From assembly GCA_000092065.1 (NCBI GenBank), contig CP000582.1: a DNA stretch of 64,000 bases. The stretch is one strand, 5' to 3'. A program made the position numbers and the translations under genes. The stretch comes from Ostreococcus lucimarinus (taxonomy: Eukaryota). The notes beneath the pieces were generated by a model that was given only the letters and a program-made list of their open reading frames with translations, made no database searches and was not told the DNA's origin. Of this stretch, positions 28,251 to 41,600 are shown piece by piece (positions within the stretch are counted from its first letter, which is position 1; each line of letters starts with the position of its first letter).

Positions 28251-29624
28251 ATGGGAGGTCGCAAGAAGACGTCGTTTGTGGATAAAAAGAGCGCGGTGAC
28301 GTACGCGTTGCTCCCTAACCACGACCGACAAGCGCACAGCCTCGGCCTTCCTAACACATGGGTCCGGACGGACAATAACCAGGGTGCGGACCCCTTCGAT
28401 GACGGCGATCACGTTGGGCGGGAACTCGAACGTGAGCTCCGAGAAAGCCATTCACAACACGTGTCCGCGGGCGATCTTTCAAATGAAAAGGACACAAACA
28501 ATAAATTGACGGCATCAGAGAAGTTGGAACTAGGACTTCCAGACGACGGCTATGATTACACTAAACACTTAAGAGAGTGCGACCCAGATAAAGTACGTAC
28601 CGTAGAAAGTGATTATGCAAATCCACGCAGTGAGATATTTACGAAAAGCATTGACCACGCAAGAACCGAGTATGCGGGCGGGGCAATGAACCAAGGCGAG
28701 TGTGATTTTCACACCTTGCACGAACAAGATAACATTGCCGACGTGTTACAACTTCTTGACGACATAAGCCAAGGCGGATCAATGGAAACCTGCGCTTACG
28801 AGGAGTTACAAGACGATATAATTTTCTTGGCTAGTCAGCGTAAAAGTGAAGAGCGGTGCTCATCGCCTTTCTTGCCCCGAAAAGTAGAGCCGTTGAGTCC
28901 GCAAACCCATCGTGCAGCCACGAAAGTATTAGTAAGAAGTTCAAGTGATGCGGTAGGGAACGAACGTTCAGACGATAGCCATTTTCTGCGTATGATCCAT
29001 AACTACGATGACGACGATCTTGGCGCTACGCCGATGAAAGATGAGAGCAATATTAGATCTGAGAACACAAAATGGCAGACTCTTGAGCAGTTGAACTTCA
29101 ACGATGGAAATTTACAAAAGCATAACGTGGATGCACGCACAGTGAAAAGTTATGCGCTCAATCATAGTGAGGAACAAACTCCACGAAATGCCTACTTAGA
29201 AGAAAGCATTCTGGACAAAAGAACTCAAGCGACCCACATGTATGACTGCGAAAGCATTTTGAGTTTGCACAGTAACTCAAACCATCATCCAAAACTTCTT
29301 GAAGGGAGACTTCTGAGTGAAGAACGTAAATTGAAAACGCCAGATCAACAGAGTGCAAGCATTCCGGGCATTCATACTTGTTTTCCTCTCGGTATGAAAG
29401 CATCATCAGAAGCTGAATTCGATTGGCGCAGCTGCACAGCTCGTAAAGGAGAAAGTGCTCAACAGAAAAAGGAGCGCAAAAATGCCGTCAAAATGGGCCG
29501 TCGACAAGCTCGAAGTACGAAAAAGGGGTTGAAAGAAAGTTTTCAATATTTCAAGCAAGCAGGAGCTGGGGGCGGTAGCTCTGGGGATGTAAGAGCAAAG
29601 ATATCTGTGACAAAAATGCAGTAG
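28251..29624 (+). CDS. LTV1: LTV1-like ribosome biogenesis factor homologue
   Basis: ATG at 28251. The N-terminus MGGRKKTSFVDKKSAVTYALLPNHDRQ matches the conserved LTV1 start (MxKKKFIDKKxAVTFxLVxRSQ). The middle is acidic and low-complexity. The C-terminus is basic (QQKKERKNAVKMGRRQARSTKKGLKESF) as in LTV1. Confidence 0.55.
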   Translation: MGGRKKTSFVDKKSAVTYALLPNHDRQAHSLGLPNTWVRTDNNQGADPFDDGDHVGRELERELRESHSQHVSAGDLSNEKDTNNKLTASEKLELGLPDDGYDYTKHLRECDPDKVRTVESDYANPRSEIFTKSIDHARTEYAGGAMNQGECDFHTLHEQDNIADVLQLLDDISQGGSMETCAYEELQDDIIFLASQRKSEERCSSPFLPRKVEPLSPQTHRAATKVLVRSSSDAVGNERSDDSHFLRMIHNYDDDDLGATPMKDESNIRSENTKWQTLEQLNFNDGNLQKHNVDARTVKSYALNHSEEQTPRNAYLEESILDKRTQATHMYDCESILSLHSNSNHHPKLLEGRLLSEERKLKTPDQQSASIPGIHTCFPLGMKASSEAEFDWRSCTARKGESAQQKKERKNAVKMGRRQARSTKKGLKESFQYFKQAGAGGGSSGDVRAKISVTKMQ

Positions 29625-29675
29625 CATATCCATGTGGTTGCTCAGTTCTGAAGCATTTCTAGCGTAGGCGCTGTA

Positions 29676-32600
29676 TTATTTAGGTGTCATTTTCGACAAC
29701 AAATTGATCGCATCTGATAGCGCAGATTCATCAATTTTTTCTTCTATTCGCAGATCCAAGTACTTGTGTTCGATACCGAAGCATAAAGACAGCTCGTTGG
29801 AAATCCCTTCAAGCTCACTGATGACACAAATAGGAATATCAGACATGAAGTCAGGATTGACACGGAATAATGGATCACGCGATGAGTAGAGGAGCTGAGT
29901 GCAGCATAGAATACTCAATGTCTCGTTCGGGCATTCATTGACACTATTTGGATTGCTCTCTATAAATACTCTGCGCAAACTTGCGTTGACAGATGCGGAT
30001 TCGTTCTTGACTTCAGGATAAGAGGATGCAAGCAATGCCGCATAACTGAGAATTTTTCCTACATCCGAATTATTCTGTTGCGAGACGAGGACTTCATACT
30101 CTTTTGTGAATAAAGTAACCAAGCCAAGTATTTTTGGGTTCGACTGTATTGCATCACTGGCTTGCTCGCGCCAAGATGGGTCTGCGCATACATGTTGCTT
30201 TGTTTCACACAGTCTCACGAATTCTCGAGCGATATACACTCCTAAACCACGCGTGACTAGTATCACTTCATCGCCGTTGTTAATGTCTAAATAAGCGCGT
30301 ATGCGTTGCACATACATTGCGGCAAGCTCTGAGACGCTTGCTGCGGTGGAGGATTGCCAGTCCGTAGTAACGACGAAAGCTGCTGATTTTATCGACGAAG
30401 CTAGGCTGGAATAAAAACTAGTTCCACAGTCTACGTCATTGAGAAAGACGACTATGGGAGTTGTTGTATTACCATTCAATCGCGTAATAAAGCTTCGACT
30501 CACAGGTGAATTTCTATGCTTCCATTGCGGGAGTCGGTATCTCAAAGTAGCTGCAATGCGCTGAGATTGCTCAGATAGGTTACCTGGAGAAGCTGCATCT
30601 TTCCAGGCATTGGCCAGAGTCGGATTTATGAAACAATGCGACAGAATATTAGGGTCTGCGGCACCTTTTCCTCCCGGTTCGATGGGCTCAAACATTTTCG
30701 CATTATTATAAGAATAAGGATTTGTCATGTTCGTGCAAGAGGGCAATTTTAGAAAGTCGCATATTTTGTCGATATGCGACGTAGGATCAGAAACTAGGTC
30801 TTCGTAACAAATTTCCAATTGTCGAGTACTTTCTACATTGCGCAGAAAATCAATGATGTTGGAATTTCCTCGTGCCCATAATTTATCCATATGGCTCCAG
30901 ATCTGCTCGATGGTGGATGCAGATAGAAGCTCCAAACGTTTGCGGCCATTTAATTGTAGCAACTTCTCATTTTCAAGGATATCATGCCTTGATTTGAAAG
31001 TTTCTTTTGACATGGAGTGGATCGTTGCGTACGGATGCCTGTGTATGAATATATAGTACACATCTTCAAATATTGATTCGGCTCGTTCCAAAGTGTCCAA
31101 AGACCACGAATAAGGTGGCGACTTGTCCACTAGAATCCGATCGCCACACCAATTTTGAAGGACTTCATAGACATTCTTTGTTGACATGGAATGCATGTCG
31201 TGCATTATTTTATCAGCTTCATCGGCGAAACAGCCGCGAAGTTCTACAATAGCTTTACGCAAACCTTCAAACGCCCACGAGTGTCCACGAGATATTGACT
31301 CAAACCTTTGGTACATCGTCTCAAAATTTAGCAAGTAAAGTTCTTGAGGTGCAAAAATTGATGGATGAGAGTTTAGTATCATCTGCAAAAGAGTTGAACC
31401 AGACCTCGGCGACGACAACACGAATAGTATCTTTCCCTTCACCTTTGGCTCGTGGAGCCGTAATCGGGGCATCCATGAATTCGAATCTGTTAGTGGCGTA
31501 TACTTTTTAACTTGCGACTCTATCCACAAACAAATGCGCTCACCGGCACTTAATCCTACTGAGAATGTTTCGCGTGTGACCACTTTGATTGCGGCGTCAA
31601 CACTCGCTGCGATCCCTTTGATAGTATTCTCTCTGAATTCGCCAGACCCACAGTGGCTGAATCCAATATCTCGCAGTACATTGTGCAAAGGCTCTGACAT
31701 TGACAGTGGATGTCGGCGTCGACATGGCTCGTTTCTGCTAAGTGAGCTGTGTAACTCGTTCCAAATACATTTTTGTAGTTGGAAGGTCAACCGATTTGCG
31801 TCAACATGAGTATTCTGGTTAGCGGCGTTGCATCTGGTAAGTAGAACGTTTTGTCTGTGGCGAGGTTCTTGAAAAGCCCGGCAATCGCGGCGCACATTTG
31901 TGAGCACGTGTGCCATACTACCGCCATAACCAAAAGAGCTCGTGCCGATTATACCTCCGCTAGTGGGCCCTTTTAGCATAGGAAAGTGTGATCGCTTGTC
32001 CAAATTTACATCTCTCCATGTGTGTCCCATCTTCTCTGCGGTTGTGCACGCATGTTGCCCTAGTAGTAGATTGTTCAATTTTCTAAAATGAACCAATGGT
32101 GATGTCAATAAAGCGTGACTCATGAGGGCAGACTTGATCAGTGAAATCATACCAGATGCACCATCGAGGTGCCCTAAATTGGTATGTAAACTACCAAATC
32201 CTATGTTTGAAGTGCGAGATGGGTCTTCAAAACAGAATATACGCTGGTATGCACCGATTTCTATTGCGTCGCCAAGTGGCTCACCTAGTCCAGATGCTTC
32301 TACGAATGCAACGTCTGCTGGTAGTATGTTAGCATCAAGCAGTGCACGGTGCACTTTGTACTCAATTGCCGGTCCTCGAAGCGCTCTGAGCGAAGCGCCG
32401 CCGCCTTTATGTATACACGAGGACCCCAGGAGCGTGACAAGCATAAATTTGCTACTGGTGGCTTTGTATGTACAGATCATGACTGCACCGACGCCTTCAC
32501 CTCGCTCAAATCCGTCCGCTTGAGCATCAAATGTTTTGCATCGACCATCAGCTGGAAACATCTGACGTGCAATATGTAAATCTGATAATTGTCTGTGAAG

Positions 32601-35600
32601 TATGATATTCGAACTCGCCGCTATGGAGGAGTTAGCATATTCAGGATCTGATGGCACATTCACTTTAGAAGAACTCGTAGCGAGATGAATACAAACTAAT
32701 CCTGACGCAGACGCGCAGTCGATAGAGATAGATTCGCCTTGAAACCCAAATGTGTGACTTATTCGATTCGACGCAAAAGCATACGTCGATTCGGACATAC
32801 CATGCGCAATATTTGATAGCTTATCGTGGGCAGAGCAGCCTGAATCTGTGAACATCACACGGAACGCTTCGTCCCTTGCCACAGAATCACTGTCATTCGT
32901 ACATATACCTACGTATACTGATATTTTTTGCTCGTAAACGCGCGTACTCTTGTCTGAATATGGTACATCGGTAACTTCATGGCACGCTTTCAGCAACTCG
33001 CGCTGTTGCGGTTCAAGAAGTGATCGAACATCAGATCGGCCAATTCCAAAAAAGTTTGAGTCGAAAACGTCAAGCTGTCTTAGGAACGAGCCGTGCCTAC
33101 TATATTCGTGATAGACAAAATCCCGCTTTCTACTAATACCGGTGAAAGAAAATATACGTTCAACATCCCAGCGATCTATGGGGATCTTCCTAATTGCATC
33201 TATACCGTTTGCGATTGCGCCACAAAATTGTACCGGATGCATGATATGTTTGCAATCTGCGTCACCCGTGTGCACTGCGATACATGCCACCGAGCTTATG
33301 ATACCATCCTGAACGACGATACGCATGGGCTCTTTGGCAGATGGTTTGCAATCATCTATTTTTTGCCGAAGAGTCGTCTTATGGATAAATTTTGATAACG
33401 ATGTGATTGTTGGATGGTCAAACGCAACTGTTGACGGCAATGGTACGTCAAAGCATATTTCTATGGAACGGGATAGCTCCGTGAGATACATGCTGTCTAA
33501 TCCAGCGTCTATGAATGGCATATTAGCGTCAATAGTGTGTCCGAGAACCCGGCGAACATGATCAGACACAAGGGATTGTGTCTCTGATAACGTGCTGGGA
33601 TGTGTACGATCTGTACACAATAACGTTCGCTTTGAATCCGTTGAAACACCTTGCGACAGTAACGGGATGGACAATTTATCCCAAAGAAACATGTTTGCCA
33701 CTATGGTCGCATCTTGTATCATAACGCTGTTCAAAATCGACAGTATATGTATCCCAACCTTTGTGGGCACTGACCCAATACCAAATCGAGTCAGACTGTC
33801 AAGCTGCAATGCGCTTTGCTTCATCATTCCTGTCAAGTTTACCCACGCTCCCCATTGAACACTAACTTTATCGAGACCTTGATGGTGTGCGTAGTTGCAA
33901 TGTGCATCTAACGAAGAATTGGCAGCGACATAGTTCACTTGCCCAAACGTTCCTAGCAGCACAGAGATCGAGGAGTAATAATCAGTTTGAACTGATAACG
34001 AAGTCGGATCGCGAATACTCGCTAGAGATCCGATTAGTTTCGGAGACACGACGACACGAATCGTATAGGCTGTCTGTTTCGTCGCGATAGCGTCACGAAG
34101 AACACCGGATGCAAAGAATGAACGATTAACTTGAACTCGAGAATTGTGCCATGTATTGTCTGAGTAGTGGCAGTTATCAACGGAATCAACAGTTACTGAA
34201 TGGGATGAGGATCCGTTCCAAACGACAACAGAGTATGAACATCGACCACTTCGGTTCGTCAAGCGAATCAATCGCTGTCCATTCAGCAGTGCTGTGATGT
34301 ACACAAGTTTACCAATTTCACCAGCACCGTGTACTTCTGTTTGATTATTTTTACATTGATTGTTGCGACGCATGTTAGCCGGCGATGAATGAGTCGAACA
34401 TAGATTCGGCGTAAACGCAAGATGACCAACGGCACTGACGTGGCGAAGACGCGCTGTGGTGTTTGAGATACCCGACGGATGTATGCGAGCTGAATCTCCC
34501 GTACATACGGCATATGTTGTATTTTTATTTTCGACACAAAACACTCTTGGTAGTGTCGATAGTGTCAGGTCGGATATATGTTTATGTATACTCGATATTG
34601 GCGATGGAAATATGCGTTTTGTGACGGGTGCTGATTTGCTGAGTACACATAGGTGCTTAGATTCGCTCGAAGTTGTGAGCGCACAAATTGAATGCAAAAT
34701 ATTCACAACGGTTGGCAGTGATCCGCATCTGTGGACGCTGCGGCGGTAGTTGCACAATGTATGCCGAACAGTAGTTGTAGCACAAGTGTCGCCATTGGGT
34801 GCAACATTAACTCGAAGCGGGCTCGCCTCCCAGCGAAGAGCATACAAATATTCAACATTTGGAACACTTGAGCGAGATGAAGACGGCGATGTGGATGTGC
34901 ACAATACAGAGTCAGTTGAAATGTGCAAGAACACCTCTGGTGTAAACGTTGACCAATTTTGACGTGAATAATTGTACTTGAACCTGTGATCACTCAGTAT
35001 AATGCAACACATGAGCGTGTCGTGTTGCGCATATTGAACGGTACATGAACGTCGATATAGCTCAACAGTCCGTACATACGCGACGGAGTTACCGCCGGTG
35101 AACGTATCGAGCAAAGTACATCGCAAACGATGTTGAGGCTTTTCATGGTATTCATTGGATTCAACATGAATATCTGCAGAAGACAAGCCGCCATGCATTT
35201 CGCGAAATTTAACAAACCCTTGTTCTGCATCAGCGTATGCTGCCACTGTGTTCGCATTTAACCCGACGCCGTGTTCACCAGCTCGCACAGTAGCATGTGT
35301 GCTAGCGATAGCGTTGGATTGAGCATCAATTACTTTATATCCCGACCCGTACACGAGAACTTTATTTGATTTTAGATATGCATCTAAAACTTTCGAGGCA
35401 TACACAGTTGAAAGTACTACATTTTTTAGTGAGAGTTCTGTGGTACGATCATCCAAAATCAAACATGTGGCATCAGATGCAACTTGCAACGGTGATGAAG
35501 TAAGAGCATTTACGGTAGCGTTGAAGCGAATCGAAACACAAGCCATAGTGAGTGTCGATAAAGCGACTGTTGCACGCGAGCTTAGCTGTGATATCCAACA

Positions 35601-38600
35601 CTCGATGCTGTGTTGCATGACAGAAGCATCTGGCAAGTATTTCATCACGTAATCGCGTCGAACAGATACGTGTGCGTTCGTTCCTTGAAATGCAAACGCG
35701 CTCACTCCTCGGTTTACGGCGTGTGCATCACATTGCCACGCACTTTGCGTTGCCTGGCGTGGAAGAGCGATTCCGCATCGCTCAGCCGTATCTTGATTCA
35801 GAATACTCTGAATGTGGGTGCTGAGCTGGCATAGGTGCACGAGCGCAGGAGTGTTCAAGCGAAATATGCAATCAACAATGCCACACAGACCCATACCGCC
35901 CGAAGCTGGCTCGGTGTGTCCGCAGCGAGTCTTCATTGCTGAAAAAGTAACGACTGGCAATCTTTTGAGGCTGCTAAGTACGGTGCGCGCTGCGCCAACT
36001 TCTATAGGATCCCCCAGAGACGTGCCAGTACCATGAAGCTCTATACCACCAGAAGAGCTGTTATCATTACCAGACTGGAGCATGGTGTGCAAAATCACGC
36101 TCTGCTGCGATGGGCCATGGGGGGCTGTGAGAGAGCTTGAGCGTCCATCTTGGTTGACAGAAGATGCAGAAGCGTAAAACATGCAGTAGTCGTCGCGCAC
36201 GCCGTCGCTGTGCGGTGTCAAGAGCAGCAAAGTTGATCCTTCTCCTCGAACGTAGCCGTTTGCAGCCATGTCCAGAGTCTTACATCGCCCATCATCTGCC
36301 AGCATCCCCGCAGTTCTAAAAACAATAGTCGTCGTCGGGTTCAGGGTGATGTTCACGCCGCAACATATCATGCTGTCGCATTCTCCCGTGAGCACTGCGT
36401 TACGCGCTACATGTGATCCAACTAAAGACGACGAGCACGCTGTGTCGATGCTTGCACACGTTCCGCGCAGATTGTATGTGAAAGAAATCCGTCCACACGC
36501 AACACTGAGTGAGCCACCAGTTGCTTGAAGCTTGCCGGCACGAGAGGTGATCGCGCTGTAATCAGTGCTAGATATACCGACAACAACGCCACATCCCTCG
36601 CTATATTGGCCGTTTACTGCATGTGCGCGCCCATCTAAGGCGCGCGCTAGAAGGATGCGCTGCTGTGGGTCCACGGCAGTAGCTTCTGCACGTCGCATTG
36701 AAAACAGGGCAATATCAAAATATTCAATGTTATGGAGAAATCTACCAAACCGTATCAGGGCGTAATCGTCGGCTCTAATATCCCACCGATTTTCAGGCAC
36801 ACCACTTACGTCATCCAGTGCGTGCTGATACTGCCCGGGGCTGCTGACTGATGATATGCACACTTGAGCTGAGTATGTGACATCAATAGTACTATTACGG
36901 AGCACCTGTGCACTTCCGTAATTCGATTTTCCATGCGACAGTTCACCCGCCACGGCTTCTGCAAGTGCATATACGCTAGGATGATCAAATACAACCGTCG
37001 ACGGGAGCTGCACAGCGAATTCATCGTTCAGTCTGCTTCGCAATTCAACGGCGCCGAGTGAGTCAAGACCCGCATCCAACAGTGGCTCCTTTGCATCCAA
37101 TGGTCTACCAACCGCATCATTCACTATACTCGCTACACGTCCCGCAATTTCGTCGCCGTGGATCACGCATGATGGTACGCCACGTTCTCCGGCTGATATC
37201 TTGATCTTGAGTTGTGTGCTATTTTGATCGACGTATGGTGCATTTGGCGGGGAAACCGCACTGTGTGATGTAGGTACACTCCATGCATGTAAGCCGGTTG
37301 CACGCAGTGGGCAAACGGCGTAGATTGAGAACATATTTGGAGGTTGAATGAGAGTGCGTAGCGTTCTCAGCGCAGTGTGTGGGTCAATCACTTCTATCCC
37401 TAGAGATCCAAAGTTTCTGGGTGTACCCACTGCAGAACGCACAGCCATGCCATAGGATCCACCCCAGGGTCCCCACTGGAGACTCATGCACCGCCATCCC
37501 ATCGTCGTGCCGAGTTGAGCGAGTGTGTCGAGCAGTGCGTTAGCACCTGCATAGTTAGTTTGACCCGGCGAGCCGAGCAATGCAGCTATGGACGAGAAGA
37601 AAACATGTGTCAAAGACATTTGAGGGAGATTTTCATGACACACCGCTTGTGCACCTTGTGTTTTGTTTGCAAACGCAATCGAGACTGTGGAAAACGTTTG
37701 CTTCATTAGGATTGAATCTTTGAGAACACCGCTCATGTGCAATACCCGACCGACATTTCGCACACTACACGAAACCAAGCGTTCTGTTTCGCTTCTGACA
37801 CAAAGGTTTACACGTTGGATGGTAAGCAGGGATGTAAATTTTGCCGGCGCGATATGTTTTCCTCTTCCGGAACGCCCCACGAGTACGAAGGGTCTATCAC
37901 AGATGGATGCATTCCATTCATAGATAAGCGCTCCGATGCCACCGACACCACCGGTGTAAATGTCGCTGCACGGGTGTAGAAGCGCATTAGAGTCGCACTG
38001 TGCGATGTGCTTTGCCATCGCTCGACGTGGGTCTCGCCACAACATTTTTGCGTGTAAATTCGGACAGACCTTCGATAACGTCGGCGTGCGGACATGGCGA
38101 TTCGATATTGATTTGGCATGCACCTCGTTCGAATCAGAATTTGAATGAAGAAAGTCGGTTGCTTTTGCGTGCACAATACTTGATGCGCCCAAATCAACGC
38201 ACACTAAACGCTGTGACATCTCATGTGCGCCACTCCTGAAGATACCCCACATGGCACCAGCGACCGGAATACATCGACCGATAGAGCTCTGCGTGTCAGC
38301 ACATAGGCGTGGACAGGCTGACACCAGCTCTGTTGCTGTCGTGCGAATCACGCATAGATTGGAACTTGCATGTAAACTCTGCACGGCAAGAGAAGCCACG
38401 CGTGATGCACTTTGCCTCCCCGCAGCTAAATGCGAGTATACGTTCGTGACACCTTCTGTACGGAGAAGCGGTCCTCTGTATGTGTTCTCGGTTTTCCACG
38501 TGGCGCGATATATCATATCGATGGCGTGTCTTCCTTGCCTCCCACCATAATAGCGCTCTGATCCCATCGCTGCAGGCTCTGAGTGAGACGCAACCTTTTT

Positions 38601-41600
38601 GCCCAGTAGTTCGTGCATCGCAAGTTGATTTTCCGTCGCTTGCTGTGCTATATGGTCACTCTGCATCTTTTGCGGCGAGAAGCGTGATAGTGCGTGGTCT
38701 CGGGACCGTGCCAACGAAGTTTGGTGTGTGCAGATTTCGAGACTCACTGGCAAGTGCAATTCAAAGCTATCATCACTGAAAGTATTTAGCCTGAGAGCTG
38801 ATAAGCTCTGCACGTGCGCATCGAGCTCTGCGGCAAACGACTGATCTAGTGTTTGCACCTTTTTACTATGAACTTTGAAGTGCAAATCAAGGCTGGATTT
38901 GGAGACGTTTGCGTAATACACTTTCGGCGATGGAGTTCGTTGCGTGAGCATGGTCTGCACTACTTTACAAGACGTGTGCCCTGCTCGTTGTGACGATACG
39001 GAAATACTGCCGGTAGTTTGCGATATTTTGAACGATAATGCATCGTTGCGCCAAGTATCCAACAAACAGGCAGCATGTATTTGCGTGCGACGCACCACGT
39101 TAACAGTCATTGTGTGGAGTTGCTTTACACAAGTGAGGGTCAGCTCCAGAAAGCTGGTAGCGGGGAGAACCAAGCGGCCACGAACGCAGTGATCGCGATC
39201 TATATGTCGTGTTTTTAATGGTGGGAGTTGAATCCGTAGGCATTCGCTCGTCTCGACTGCGTGCACGAGCCGCAGGCCAAAGGCAGCATGTGATATCCAA
39301 CACTCGATGCTGTGTTGCATGACAGAAGCATCTGGCAAGTATTTCATCACGTAATCGCGTCGAACAGATACGTGTGCGTTCGTTCCTTGAAATGCAAACG
39401 CGCTCACTCCTCGGTTTACGGCGTGTGCATCACATTGCCACGCACTTTGCGTTGCCTGGCGTGGAAGAGCGATTCCGCATCGCTCAGCCGTATCTTGATT
39501 CAGAATACTCTGAATGTGGGTGCTGAGCTGGCATAGGTGCACGAGCGCAGGAGTGTTCAAGCGAAATATGCAATCAACAATGCCACACAGACCCATACCG
39601 CCCGAAGCTGGCTCGGTGTGTCCGCAGCGAGTCTTCATTGCTGAAAAAGTAACGACTGGCAATCTTTTGAGGCTGCTAAGTACGGTGCGCGCTGCGCCAA
39701 CTTCTATAGGATCCCCCAGAGACGTGCCAGTACCATGAAGCTCTATACCACCAGAAGAGCTGTTATCATTACCAGACTGGAGCATGGTGTGCAAAATCAC
39801 GCTCTGCTGCGATGGGCCATGGGGGGCTGTGAGAGAGCTTGAGCGTCCATCTTGGTTGACAGAAGATGCAGAAGCGTAAAACATGCAGTAGTCGTCGCGC
39901 ACGCCGTCGCTGTGCGGTGTCAAGAGCAGCAACGTTGATCCTTCTCCTCGAACGTAGCCGTTTGCAGCCATGTCCAGAGTCTTACATCGCCCATCATCTG
40001 CCAGCATCCCCGCAGTTCTAAAAACAATAGTCGTCGTCGGGTTCAGGGTGATGTTCACGCCGCAACATATCATGCTGTCGCATTCTCCCGTGAGCACTGC
40101 GTTACGCGCTACATGTGATCCAACTAAAGACGACGAGCACGCTGTGTCGATGCTTGCACACGTTCCGCGCAGATTGTATGTGAAAGAAATCCGTCCACAC
40201 GCAACACTGAGTGAGCCACCAGTTGCTTGAAGCTTGCCGGCACGAGAGGTGATCGCGCTGTAATCAGTGCTAGATATACCGACAACAACGCCACATCCCT
40301 CGCTATATTGGCCGTTTACTGCATGTGCGCGCCCATCTAAGGCGCGCGCTAGAAGGATGCGCTGCTGTGGGTCCACGGCAGTAGCTTCTGCACGTCGCAT
40401 TGAAAACAGGGCAATATCAAAATATTCAATGTTATGGAGAAATCTACCAAACCGTATCAGGGCGTAATCGTCGGCTCTAATATCCCACCGATTTTCAGGC
40501 ACACCACTTACGTCATCCAGTGCGTGCTGATACTGCCCGGGGCTGCTGACTGATGATATGCACACTTGAGCTGAGTACGTGACATCAATAGTACTATTAC
40601 GGAGCACCTGTGCACTTCCGTAATTCGATTTTCCATGCGACAGTTCACCCGCCACGGCTTCTGCAAGTGCATATACGCTAGGATGATCAAATACAACCGT
40701 CGACGGGAGCTGCACAGCGAATTCATCGTTCAGTCTGCTTCGCAATTCAACGGCGCCGAGTGAGTCAAGACCCGCATCCAACAGTGGCTCCTTTGCATCC
40801 AATGGTCTACCAACCGCATCATTCACTATACTCGCTACACGTCCCGCAATTTCGTCGCCGTGGATCACGCATGATGGTACGCCACGTTCTCCGGCTGATA
40901 TCTTGATCTTGAGTTGTGTGCTATTTTGATCGACGTATGGTGCATTTGGCGGGGAAACCGCACTGTGTGATGTAGATACACTCCATGCATGTAAGCCGGT
41001 TGCACGCAGTGGGCAAACGGCGTAGATTGAGAACATATTTGGAGGTTGAATGAGAGTGCGTAGCGTTCTCAGCGCAGTGTGTGGGTCAATCACTTCTATC
41101 CCTAGAGATCCAAAGTTTCTGGGTGTACCCACTGCAGAACGCACAGCCATGCCATAGGATCCACCCCAGGGTCCCCACTGGAGACTCATGCACCGCCATC
41201 CCATCGTCGTGCCGAGTTGAGCGAGTGTGTCGAGCAGTGCGTTAGCACCTGCATAGTTAGTTTGACCCGGCGAGCCGAGCAATGCAGCTATGGACGAGAA
41301 GAAAACATGTGTCAAAGACATTTGAGGGAGATTTTCATGACACACCGCTTGTGCACCTTGTGTTTTGTTTGCAAACGCAATCGAGACTGTGGAAAACGTT
41401 TGCTTCATTAGGATTGAATCTTTGAGAACACCGCTCATGTGCAATACCCGACCGACATTTCGCACACTACACGAAACCAAGCGTTCTGTTTCGCTTCTGA
41501 CACAAAGGTTTACACGTTGGATGGTAAGCAGGGATGTAAATTTTGCCGGCGCGATATGTTTTCCTCTTCCGGAACGCCCCACGAGTACGAAGGGTCTATC

